Part shown: in pieces, positions 20,944 to 31,300 of the stretch
Layout: every line of letters begins with the position of its first letter
Numbering within the stretch: position 1 is the first letter of the stretch
From: a virus
Virus record (IMG/VR): IMGVR_UViG_3300044699_000063
Span: 3,050 to 67,049 of that record
Direction: 5' to 3' (one strand)
Length of the DNA stretch: 64,000 nt
Position numbers and translations under genes: made by a program
The notes under the pieces: generated by a model
What the model was told of the DNA's origin: nothing
What the model saw: the letters and a program-made list of their open reading frames with translations, nothing else
Databases searched by the model: none

Positions 20944-21595
20944 TCAGCCGTGGCAGTACGGCTTCTTCCACTGACACCATCCGCCTCCGGTGCGCAGGGC
21001 GCGTTCGAACGCGGCGACAGCGGATGGCCATGAGATGTTGTGAAGGTAAGGGGGACCGGTCGTGTCGGTGCGCCACTGCTTCATCCGCCCGTAGTAGTTG
21101 ATCCCGAACGCTCCATACGACAGGTCGCGCGTCGAGGGCCGGTCGACGATGATCCCGATGCGGCATCCAGACTCGCGCTTGCAGATCGCAACGGCCCCGC
21201 GCAGTCTCTGATGCGCTGAACCCATGCGCCTTCAAGAAGATCGCCGCGATGAGCGGAGCGGAGGACGGGTTGGCGAGTTCAGCACGGGGTGCGCGGCCCG
21301 ACCTTCCCGTCTCGGAGGAGGCCCTGTTGGGCTTGGAACATCTGGACCGCATGGCGCGTGTCTTCGCCGAACTGACCGTCGACGTTGACGCGGAAGTCGG
21401 CGCGACATCTTGCCGTTGAGGCGTAGCCGCCGCAGACGGTGACGTCGCGGGAGTTGAGCAGCCGCTGTAGGGCGCTGACGGCTGGGACCGGTGTCGCCGT
21501 AGCTCAGCTCGTCGTTCGTCGCCTCTGCGGGTTTCGTGGGGGTGAATGCGACCGCAGCAAGGACGGCCACTACCCACCAGCAATGCTCGTTTCAT
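20944..21595 (-). CDS. Secreted PG-binding + lysozyme/lytic-transglycosylase-like protein (frameshifted)
   Basis: Signal peptide ending AEA; VDGQFGEDT..AVQMFQAQQGL..DGKVGPRT; AICKRESG catalytic Glu; GAFGIN; GGWCQW. Confidence 0.75.
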
Positions 21596-21615
21596 GTGAA
21601 GATGTTACGAAACCG

Positions 21616-23082
21616 TTACGGACTGGGGGTGGATTGACGATCTCGCGGCCCCCCTGGCTCAGCGAGGATTGCCAGCAACTCTTCACGGTTGGCTTCCGCC
21701 CCGGCGGGAAGACTCGTCGGTCCCATGATCCCGGCGCGCGGCGCGTAGGCAGCGGCCACCTTCACCCGGCGGGCCAGTCGTTCAGCTTCGAGATAGGCGG
21801 CGGACTTCATGTCCTTGTCGGTGGCAGGCGGATGCCACAGGTGCAGTGCTGGGCCGGGAACGCGCGGTGCTTCGCCGCAGAGCACATTCGCCGCCAGCCA
21901 GAAGCACCGATCCTCGAACCCCCAGGACGTGAACCGCTCGTCGTAGCCTCCTGTCGCTTCCCACACGGCCTTAGTGATCGCCATTGCCCCCGACGCGTGA
22001 CGCCGCGACTCAGGTCGCAGTGATCGCAGTCGCGGATGGAACTGGTTGGGCTGGCTCCAGCGCATCAACCGCCGCGTCTCGTCTCGCTGGAACCGGACGT
22101 AGTTGTCGAAGGCCAGCACCAACTGATCCCGTTCCTTGGCGAGACTGGCTGCCGCCCAGAACTGTTCAGGCATGACAAACGTGTCGGCATCGGCGACGAA
22201 CACGACCTCGGGTCCGTAACTGAAGGCCATGCTGATCGCACGGTTGCGCATCACCGACCGGTTCAAAGTGTCAGCCCGGCCGGTCACCACTGGGACCGAC
22301 ATGGCTCGCTCCCACCAGTTGACCGTCCACTCGTAGGCGCTGTTGCGATGCACGTCCGCCGGGGCGTAGGGGACGGCGACCACCACGTCGAGCCGTTCCG
22401 CCACGAATCGGCCTATGAACTGCACCCAGTCGCGGGGGGTGTCGATGTCGTCGGTCCAGTCGTCGATGTGGGTCTGGTGCGGCAGCCGCGCTACCAGCGC
22501 CCCGTTGTTCATCCTCTCCGCCCCCACCCCGTTAACGGCTGCGAGGACGTGGCGCATCTTCACGTTGCGCAGCATGTGGGTGGCTTCCAGGTGGTCGAGG
22601 CGCGTTGCGATCGTCAGCAGCCGCTCATGGACGGCTTGGAGCGGTGGAATCCACACGGCGAACGTCTCGTCATGGGCGTGACCGGTGAGCACCGAAGGAC
22701 CGGGCCGTCGGAAGAAGTGGGTGTCCACGCCGTCGTGCCCGACGATGGCGTCGAAGCACTCTCCCGAGTACCAGACGTCGCCGAACAGTAGAACGGTTGG
22801 TTCGTCCAGAGACCACAGATGGGCGGTGGCGATCAGCTTCGCCATGTCCGAGCCGACCGGGCGCGGCTCGTCGAGCCTCACCCACTCCGAGAACTCGATG
22901 CGGTAGCGCTCGTCCGGGCCGATCACCGTTGATTCGATGCCGCGGGCGTGGCAGTGGGTCGCGACATGCGAGACCAGGGGCTTGCCGCCCACCTTCACGA
23001 AGTGTTTCGGAGCACCCAGGAAGGGCTTGCCGTCGACGTCCCAGCGTGCTCCTGATCCTTGGCAGAGGATCAGAGCCTTCAC
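21616..23082 (-). CDS. Nucleotidyltransferase-like domain fused to a GT-A glycosyltransferase (GT2/GT7-like)
   Basis: N-terminus ILCQGSGARW..PKHF, FGD, DIDTP; C-terminus NRSVMRN, DAD, GGYDERFTSWGFED, HLWH. Confidence 0.85.
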   Translation of the reverse strand: MKALILCQGSGARWDVDGKPFLGAPKHFVKVGGKPLVSHVATHCHARGIESTVIGPDERYRIEFSEWVRLDEPRPVGSDMAKLIATAHLWSLDEPTVLLFGDVWYSGECFDAIVGHDGVDTHFFRRPGPSVLTGHAHDETFAVWIPPLQAVHERLLTIATRLDHLEATHMLRNVKMRHVLAAVNGVGAERMNNGALVARLPHQTHIDDWTDDIDTPRDWVQFIGRFVAERLDVVVAVPYAPADVHRNSAYEWTVNWWERAMSVPVVTGRADTLNRSVMRNRAISMAFSYGPEVVFVADADTFVMPEQFWAAASLAKERDQLVLAFDNYVRFQRDETRRLMRWSQPNQFHPRLRSLRPESRRHASGAMAITKAVWEATGGYDERFTSWGFEDRCFWLAANVLCGEAPRVPGPALHLWHPPATDKDMKSAAYLEAERLARRVKVAAAYAPRAGIMGPTSLPAGAEANREELLAILAEPGGPRDRQSTPSP

Positions 23083-23369
23083 AGGATCGGTTCGATCTCG
23101 CCTGCAATCAGAATCTCGTACGCCTCGATTGCAGCCTGGCGGTTCATGCCGGGGAGGCGGTGCCAGCGAGACCCGCCGTGGGCGGCGAGCACCTCGCGAC
23201 GATCGCCGTTGCCCCGATCCTTCGGATGCTGCTCGAACACGTCCAACGCCAGGGCCACGGCGTCGATGTAGTCCATCCGTCGCAGCTGGTAAGGGATGTG
23301 CTGGGCGATCTTGTTGATCAGGTCGTAGCGCTCGCGTTCGGCCTCGGGGACTGCCGCCACGCCGGTCAT
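23079..23369 (-). CDS. Hypothetical protein
   Basis: Coupled ORF, 96 aa. Confidence 0.6.
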   Translation of the reverse strand: MTGVAAVPEAERERYDLINKIAQHIPYQLRRMDYIDAVALALDVFEQHPKDRGNGDRREVLAAHGGSRWHRLPGMNRQAAIEAYEILIAGEIEPIL

Positions 23370-23593
23370 CGGGCTGCCCGCTTCACTTCGATGCGGCGCA
23401 TCTTCGGCTCCTTGCCAACCTCTGACGGGGGGAAGTATTCGACGGTGATCAGCTCATCGTCGACGATCACGCGGTTCACCATCGACCCCGGTTCGCCGAC
23501 CTGGTTGAGAATCTGATCGGCGATCCGGCGGTGTTGAGGGTCTTCCGCATACGAGTCCGCGGTGATCGTGCCGCGGAACGGTTCCTTGCTCAT
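23366..23593 (-). CDS. Hypothetical protein
   Basis: Coupled ORF, 75 aa. Confidence 0.6.
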   Translation of the reverse strand: MSKEPFRGTITADSYAEDPQHRRIADQILNQVGEPGSMVNRVIVDDELITVEYFPPSEVGKEPKMRRIEVKRAAR

Positions 23594-23622
23594 ACGCCAA
23601 CAGTACCCAGAGGTTCAGGCTG

Positions 23623-24330
23623 TCAGGAGTATCTGGTTGTCATTCGCCCGCGCACGACGACCAGGATGCGGTCACCAGCAGCGAGGGCGACAGGCACCGT
23701 GCCGGACGTCGCCGCTTCGGTGACGCGGGCGACCGCGCCGAGCGTCGGGTCGTACTGGATGCCGTACAGGTCGACGCGGCTCGTCGTGCCCATCCGGCCG
23801 CGCAGCGGGTAGTCGTTGACCCCCGTGTCGATCGCTTTGGCGGTGATGTCGAACTCGTCGGTCGACGCCAACGCGACCGGCAGTGTCACCCCGATCAGCC
23901 CGGTCGGCGCGCCGGAGAGCGTGATGAACTGCTTGAACTCGATCATCCCGTTCGTGCGCTGGTAGTAGCCGGACTGGGCGCTCGCCGCGATGTTCGTCAG
24001 CGCGGCAGCGTTGTACGTCACGATCGGCTCCGACATGATCACCCAGCCGGTGCCGTCGTAGAGCATCTCGCGGCCGGTGTCCGACTCGAACACGAGCAGC
24101 CCGGTGAACAGGTTGCCTGCCGACAGTGCGGCGCGTTCGGCGGCGGTGTAGATGCGGCGGATCGCGCGCGGGAAGAAGTACCGGCCGAGTGAACAGTCGA
24201 AGAAGGCGAACTCGTGGAGGTCGGCGTCGTAGGTGCGGGCGACAGCGCCCTTGAACTGGAGGGTGTCGTCGGTGGCGATCTCGAACCCGAGACCGGGGCA
24301 AGCCTGGCTTGAACAGTGCGGTGCGACCAT
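23623..24330 (-). CDS. Minor tail / receptor-binding fiber-like protein
   Basis: TAAERAAL..GLLVFESDTG..YDGTGW is a typical tail-fiber module. It is the last gene of the tail block. Confidence 0.65.
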   Translation of the reverse strand: MVAPHCSSQACPGLGFEIATDDTLQFKGAVARTYDADLHEFAFFDCSLGRYFFPRAIRRIYTAAERAALSAGNLFTGLLVFESDTGREMLYDGTGWVIMSEPIVTYNAAALTNIAASAQSGYYQRTNGMIEFKQFITLSGAPTGLIGVTLPVALASTDEFDITAKAIDTGVNDYPLRGRMGTTSRVDLYGIQYDPTLGAVARVTEAATSGTVPVALAAGDRILVVVRGRMTTRYS

Positions 24331-24345
24331 TGCGGCGAATCCTAA

Positions 24346-25020
24346 CTAATCGGGCCTGACAGCTTCGTTCCACTCCATCTCGACGGCGATCTGCCAAGTG
24401 CCTCCGGCGTCCATCGCGAACGGGTTGCGGATGGCGAACAACTCTCCGGGGTTGATGGTGATCGGCTGACCGAAGGCTTCCACGAGGTCGTGGTCGCGTT
24501 CGGCGAAGTTCCCAGCGTTGCCGACGTTCGTGAACGGCGACTCGAAGAACGCGTTGGCTTCGTACTGTTCAGCGCCAGCGAAGACCAGCGTCGTAGTGGT
24601 GGCGATCCACAGGTGGCCTCCGACGGCCGAACCGAGGTCCGAGTTGGAGCCGGACGAGTATTTGTTCAACGGCTCCAGCCGTGTCCCGTTCGACATCGTA
24701 TCCGTCCCATATCCGCGGTACAGCGCAAGGGACCGGCGGGTGACGGGAACGGTGAACGCGACGATCGTCGTCCACTGGATGCGCAGTCGTTTGATCTGGA
24801 CCGGGTTCGTCACGTAGATGGGGACGACCCCGCCGAAGAAGATCGACCCGGCTCCGAGTGCCGCGGGGATGATCCCGGTCGTGGCCGAGATCATAAAGTT
24901 GGCAACGCCGCCAGCCGTCGGATTGCCCTGCAAGGTGAACGGAGGATCGAGCGGCGCGGTGAGCACCGATCCGGTGTCTTCAACTTCCAGAACTTCGCCG
25001 CTTTCGCCTTGGAACTTCAC
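24346..25020 (-). CDS. Hypothetical virion protein (paralog of 25017-25672)
   Basis: Shares IKRLRIQWTTIVAF / PITINPGELFAIR..MDAGGTWQIAVEMEWNEA with the adjacent gene. Confidence 0.7.
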   Translation of the reverse strand: MKFQGESGEVLEVEDTGSVLTAPLDPPFTLQGNPTAGGVANFMISATTGIIPAALGAGSIFFGGVVPIYVTNPVQIKRLRIQWTTIVAFTVPVTRRSLALYRGYGTDTMSNGTRLEPLNKYSSGSNSDLGSAVGGHLWIATTTTLVFAGAEQYEANAFFESPFTNVGNAGNFAERDHDLVEAFGQPITINPGELFAIRNPFAMDAGGTWQIAVEMEWNEAVRPD

Positions 25021-25672
25021 GGCAGCACAGCCTCATGCCATTCCATGTCGACCGACAGCTGCCAGGTGCCGGTGGCGTCCATCGTCGGATGGTTCGCACA
25101 GCGATCAGTTCTCCAGCGTTGAGGATGATCGGACCACAGAACGCGTTCGGGAACTCATAGGTCCGTTCATACGCGCCGCCAGCCGCGCCGACATGCGACA
25201 GCGACATCGTCGCCAGCGCATCGGTCTCGAACGTGATGCCTCCGACGCCGAGCGCTGCGGTGGTGCTGTAGCGCACGTCGCCCGTTTGGGCATCGTCGAA
25301 ATACGAGTCACCGCCTGCGCCGAGAGAATCCTTACGCCACGGCCCCGACGCCTGCGCCGTACCACCCGATGCCGCCGCACCCGAGCCTCGGTAGATGCCG
25401 AGTCGACGTCCTGCCGTGACGGGTGTGCCGAATGCGGTGATCGTCGTGTAGACGAGACGGATGCGCTCGATGTGCGCCTTGACCGACCCTGACGACAGGG
25501 AGAACCGGGCAACGAACACGGCCCCACCCGCGGTGATACCCGCGGCGAGTGTGCCGGTCATGCCGCCGAACATTCGGCCGTAGCCCCGCGACAGTGGAAC
25601 GACGCGTACCCCACCGTTCGGTTCGACGTCGGCTTTGTTGCCTGACGGAAACCCCTCTTGGATGATCGGCAT
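25017..25672 (-). CDS. Hypothetical virion protein (paralog of 24346-25020; 3' frameshift)
   Basis: IERIRLVYTTITAF / PIILNAGELIAVR..MDATGTWQLSVDMEWHEA. Confidence 0.7.
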
Positions 25673-26052
25673 TAGACCCACTCCCAGATGACGTTGAACG
25701 TGCCGGTCAGACCGAGTTCACGGTTCAGGCCACGAATCGTAAACCCCGTTCCGACAACGATGGATTCAATGGTAAAGGACAGGTAGCCCGACGCGAGGAG
25801 ATGGGCCTCAGCGTCGTTCTCCGACGTTGAGCCGTTGACCCATGCCCGCACGACAGAGGTGGCGACGATCCCGACCTGGCCAGTGACGACGACCTGCGCC
25901 GTTTCGTCACCGCTATTGAAGTCCATCTCGACCGAACCGACATGCGGGTAGGGGCGTCCGACGGACATCGCTTGCAGGTTGCGCACGACGCGCGCCAGGT
26001 CTTCGAGCGCGACTGTTCCCGGGTCGACGGAGGTCGCATTGCGGTCACTCAC
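25672..26052 (-). CDS. Minor tail protein
   Basis: VSDRNATS...LEDLARVVRNLQ...GTFNVIWEWV; located in the tail block. Confidence 0.55.
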   Translation of the reverse strand: MSDRNATSVDPGTVALEDLARVVRNLQAMSVGRPYPHVGSVEMDFNSGDETAQVVVTGQVGIVATSVVRAWVNGSTSENDAEAHLLASGYLSFTIESIVVGTGFTIRGLNRELGLTGTFNVIWEWV

Positions 26053-27093
26053 GGCGATTCCGTCCCGACGGGCTGACCTGAGATCGTCGTCTCCCAGCGA
26101 CCGTCGACCACCGCGAAGCTGACCTCGTTCATTCGCAGATCGCCCGCGTACGGAACGAAGCTGCCCGCCAGATCGACGGTGAGCACCGCGCCGGGAACGA
26201 GCATGTCGCGGTCGAGTGGTGCCTTGGCTTGCAGGAGTCACGCTGTTCGGCAGAACCAGGCCGTCTGTGCGCAGGGCGAGGCGCGTCGCGGAGCGGGCGG
26301 TGGCGGATGTTTGGTCGACGATGTCCGGTTCGTGTTCGACGAAATCGAGCAGGCCGTACGTCGTCTGTGACGCCCCGTCCTGGGATTGCCCGACGACACC
26401 TTCTCCGACAACGGTGACGAAGTTGGCCTGTTCGAGACCCGAACGCTTCACTTCCGCCTTGCCGACGAGGTGGGCCGCGTTGATCACGCCGATCGAGCCG
26501 GTTGCGATGTCGACGTTGCCGCAGACGATCGTCGATGTCGGGCCTTCGGTGATCACCGTGTAGTCGATGCCGGTGGTGACGAGTTCGTCGACGAGGTCGG
26601 CGATCAGGCGGTACTCGGTCGACAGGTACTCGCGTTCAGCCAGAATCCCGGTCGCCGATGCGGTCAACGCGTAGGCGACAGAGGAGTCCTGGGCGAACCC
26701 GTTCGTGATCAAGTCCTGGAAGATGGTTGCGATGTCGACGGGCGTACCGATCGACGTGAAGTCGTCACGCATCAGCCGGAACGCCATCCACTTCATGATG
26801 TCGGCGGCTTCGATCCTGCCCGTCCCGTCTGCCTGATCGGTGACGTCGACGATCGGTCCGTACCAGAACCAGTCGAGGTCCCACGACAGCAGTAACGAGT
26901 GATACCAGGGGATGATCGACGGACCGTCGTAACACTCGGCGAGCGTCACCGTCGCTTCCGAGACCCCGTTGAGAACGCGTCCACATCGTGAGCCGGGAAC
27001 AACGTCCTTCGAAAGATCAGCGAGGATGGTGCGCGGTGATTCCCGTGGGACCAGGTACGCGCCCATCAGCCCGCAGCCGAGCGGCCCGGCCAT
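26049..27093 (-). CDS. Minor tail protein (ReqiPepy6 gp37-like baseplate hub; frameshifted)
   Basis: GRVLNGVSEATV, PWYHSL..WYGPIVDV, ANFVTVVG, YGLLDFV. Confidence 0.7.
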
Positions 27094-28380
27094 TAGCAGC
27101 CTCCGCGCCGAACGAGATCACATCGGATGCGTGGAGGTGAATAGAACTGGCTCGTATCGCCCGTGTTGTAGGCGATGAACGCGGTGGCGAGATCGCTGGC
27201 GTCGACTGCCAGCACGAGCGCGAGCGGATCGCCGCACGACAGCAGGCCCCAGTTGATCGCCCCTTCCGAGGCGTCGATGTAGGCGGAGCCCGTCGACTTC
27301 GACCCAGTTCGTGTCTTCGTTGGCGAAACGGACCTCGCGTAGCGCGGCGTCGATGATCAGCCGTGAGTTGCCGGGGATCGAAGCGACTGGCAGGAAGAAC
27401 GCCGGGTTGTCGGGCACGTCGATCGACCCGTCGGCAGGCAGCCAGATTGATCGCTTCAGTGCAGGCCGTGTCGACGTCGGACGTCGCTATCGCGAAGATG
27501 ACGAACGGGAAGCTGCGTCCGTTGACGTTCGATTCCAGGGTGACGATCGGAGCGCTGCTGTACGTCTTGGCTTCCGACGGGATGGCGCAGCACGAGAACA
27601 CCGCCGACGCGGAGTCGTTGAAGAACGGTCCGCCGACCCACATCTGGGTCCAGCCGAGACATTGCTCCGGCTTCGAGAACCGGCACGGGTTCCCGGCGAA
27701 GAAGCTGACGTGTCCATCGCGCACATACTTCGCCATCCGCGAGTCGAGCGGCTCAGCCACTCCGGGCCTTCACCGAGGCCGACTTCCTTGAACTGCCAGA
27801 TGCCGTACTCCGGATCATCGTCAGGGGGACAGCAGGAGCGGACCGTCATTGTCTGGAGGTCGCATCCAGCGCACGCCGCCGAAGCCAGTTGCTGTTCCAA
27901 CCACTGCATCCCATAGTCCAACCCGCAGGTGGAGGTGGCGACGAGCGCGATGTCATAAGTGATCGTGCGGTGGGTGGGAGTGAGTGGCGACAGGATCGAC
28001 CCTCGCGGGAACGCCCCACGCGGTGTCGTCGTGCGGGCGTTGTGTCGCCCGTCCAACCCGGTCACGGCGTAGACCCACACGCCGAGGAACTCAGACGAGG
28101 CGAAGTCGTCAACGTCGTACCAGGGATTGTCGGCAAGGGTCTGGTTGAGGTTGTCCGCGTCGAAGCACGCCGGGAGGCAGGCGAGGAGGGTGGTGAACGG
28201 CCCGGTCTCCTGTGTGGGGATCAGGTTGTACGCGGCGCAGTCGCAGTCCTCTTCATCGAGGAAATGGAAGTTCGGCGGGAGCGTCCCAGCGGCGCGTGCC
28301 GCCACCATGTTCGCGAGGGTCCGCCCGTTGTTGAAAACCTCGTCGTCGTCGAGCCACAGCATCCCGGCCAGATAGGTCAT
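27093..28380 (-). CDS. Distal tail / minor tail protein (frameshifted)
   Basis: Follows the tape measure gene; EVFNNGRT, NPWYD..SSEFLGVW, CGLDYGMQWL, CCPP. Confidence 0.75.
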
Positions 28381-31300
28381 CAGCGCAGCGCCTTCTTGAT
28401 CGCCGTCTGGTTGTCGCGTGCGATGCGCTGAGCAACCAGTTCGGGGTCGACACCGAAGATGTTGTTCGTGTTCTGCACCAGGGGCACGTTACGGGCCTGC
28501 GCTTCAGCGCGACGGGATTCCTCCGCCGCGATGACGTCGGTGAGGTTCTGGTTGATCTTGTCGAACTGGGCGACAAGATCGTTCACCGGGTTCGCCCCAC
28601 CCAACCCGAACTGGGCCAGCAGATCACCGATCACTGGCGCGTTGCCCTTGTTCTGAAGCGCTGCTCCGATCAGGGCCTTCTGAAGCTGAGAGAACACGGC
28701 GTTCGCCGAAGCGGTGTCCCCTCGCTCCACGTCTCCGACGATCGCGTCGCGCGCCTGAGCGATGATGTTCGCCAGCGTGGAACGGTTCTGCCGCGCCCTC
28801 AGCCGTCCCCAGGCTCAGGCCCTTCTTGAAGTCCTTCTTGTTCTTGACGAGTTCAGCGATCCCCGACAGGGCTTGGGCTTGGGCATCGACGATCTGGCGT
28901 ACATCGTCACCGGACGTCTGCTTCAACGCCGCCGCCAGCTGCTCGCGGATCGCGTCGACCAGCTGCTTGGTGCCGGTGTGTCACTCCTCCGCTGGCGGCT
29001 CGCCCGAGGATGACGTTGACGAACTTGGAGATGGCATCTCCGGCCGCGTCCGCCCCTCCTTCATGCCCTTGACGAGACCGTCGATGATGTCCTTGCCGAA
29101 CTTCTCGAACACTGTCGAAGGCGAGTGGATGCCGAGCAGCCCGGTGAACGTTGTCGACACCGTGTCGGCGAGGGCGGCAGCCGCCTGCGACACCGCTCCA
29201 CGCGACTGCTCCAACCCCAAAGCCAGCCCCTGGCCGACCTCGTGGCCCTGACCGCTGAGCGAGATGTGCCCGATCGAACCACCCAACAGCAGATCAGGCA
29301 AGACCGGACTGACGCAGCAGCGACAGGGCGCGGGCGGGCTTCGTGAGCGGGATGACCGCCTCGGGCTTGTTGCCTTCGGAGATCGAGCGACCTGCGCCTT
29401 GGCGAAGATGCCACCTTCCGCCGTCTTGGCGGGCAGGCCGAGACCGGTGGAGAAGTGAACGGACGGCCCCTTGTATGTGATGGACGTGACGTTCAGCTTC
29501 GAGTTGATCACCTTCGGGATGCCGAGAATCTCGTTGACGGTCAGGTTGACCGAAGCCGGTCCTCCTTCAGCCGACGACTGATCTCCGCCTTGATGTCCTC
29601 CGTACGTTCGGGTTGACCAGAACCTGGTCGATGATCGTCGGCAGCTTCACCTTGCCCAGCAGTTCGGGCGGGATCGCCAACTGAAGCTTGAGACGGATCG
29701 AACAGTTCCCCCGAGGCGAGGCCGTCGCGGATCGCCGCACCCAGGTTGGTGCGGAACGCCTCCTCCGCCTTGGAGAAATCTCCGGCAGCGCTGTTCGCCA
29801 ACTGCTCGTCAAGGATCGAACGGATCGTCTCTTCGGAATGCCCTTCAGCACGCCCGAGATGATGATCTCGTCGACGCGCCGCCGATCGCTTCCGCTGCCT
29901 TGTCCTTGTCCTTCAAGATGTCGCGGGGCAGAGAGCTGAGGAACTCCGATGCCTGCGAGCGGATCGCCGCGATGTCGGTTCGGAACTTGCGCCCCGGCCT
30001 GTCCGCCGCCCGAGATGGCGATGCTCGTCAAGTCGATGCCGGGCTGATCCTTCAGCAGCTGGGCGATCGAATCCAAGGCAGCGTTCGTGTTCAGCAAGAA
30101 CTGGTCAGCCGCCGTCTGCCCTGACGGAGGGTTGAGGGTGTTGAGGTAGACGTCGAGCGAACTCTTCGCCCGATCGGTCGCCCGGGCCACCTCATCCCAG
30201 TCGCCCGCGATCTTGGCGATCTGCTGCTTGCGCTGCAATTCGCGCGTCGCCGCCGAGAACCCCTGCACGCTCCGGTCGACCCGAGGAATCCGAGTTCGAG
30301 ACGGTCGAGAACCGTCTGCAACGCGCGCGATCTCCTGGAGCCTGTCAGCCCGGCCTGGAGCGCGGTCTGGCCGAGGAAGTTCTTGAACAGGACGAAATCC
30401 GTGCCGCCCTTGCGCACAGCATTCTCCGACTTTGCCGAGGTCGATGCCGATGCGACGGAACTGAATCTCCAGATCGGACGGCAACAGTTCCGCGATGACC
30501 GGTCCGAGCGATGAGCCTTCCTTGCGCGCCTTAGTCATCGCTTCGCTGATCTTGTCGACGGCGAGACCGAGCGCGGACAGTGGAGTCGTCTGCTTCAGGG
30601 AGGTGATGACGGAGTCGATCGTCTTGTCGAACTCGTCTGGCGTTCTTCACCGACCCGGCAAGGTTGCGCTGGTTGCGTTCTCCAACTCCTGGTCGAGGGC
30701 CCGAGAGCCTTCACCAAGGCCAGCGCCCTGATCGGCTCCTCGCCGGGCAGTCGAAGGCTGTCTGCACCGCCTTCGCTGCGTTGCGCAGACCGCGCGACTC
30801 CCCTGCCGGTAGAGCGTTGCCGAGAGCATCAATCTGGCTGATGAACCCGCCGATCCCCGCGACCGCTGAGCGAGTTGGACCTTACGGAAGGAGTCGACAA
30901 GTTCGTTGACCGCGTTCGAGCTGGCGAACCGCTGGCCGGGACCGAGCTGGTTGAGCACGTCGCCGATCCGATCCCGAGGCTTTCGAGAGCGGGGGCGAGA
31001 CCCTTCTGCTTCTGGGCGATCGCTTCCAGGCCAGCAGCGAAACCCTTCCTCAGCTTCGGTGCTGGCCTTCAGCGACTGAGTGAAGGAGTCGACGCGCTCC
31101 TTGGCTCCTTCGCCGCCTTCGCCCGCCTTGCCCGAAGCAGAACCCGACGAGGGCGATTCCTCCGATGATTCCGGCCGCGGCGAAGTTCTGGGTGATGATT
31201 GCCTGGATGGCGAGACCGGCAGCACCGGCCAGTGAGATGACCTGCGCCAACCCGCCCTGGAACGCTCCGAAGTAGGCCCCGACACCAGCGGCTGCGGCCG

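Noticed and set aside
24346-25672. Paralog pair as a DGR template/variable repeat
   Set aside because: The similarity is protein-level only, there is no adenine-specific near-identical repeat, and no reverse transcriptase is in the window.
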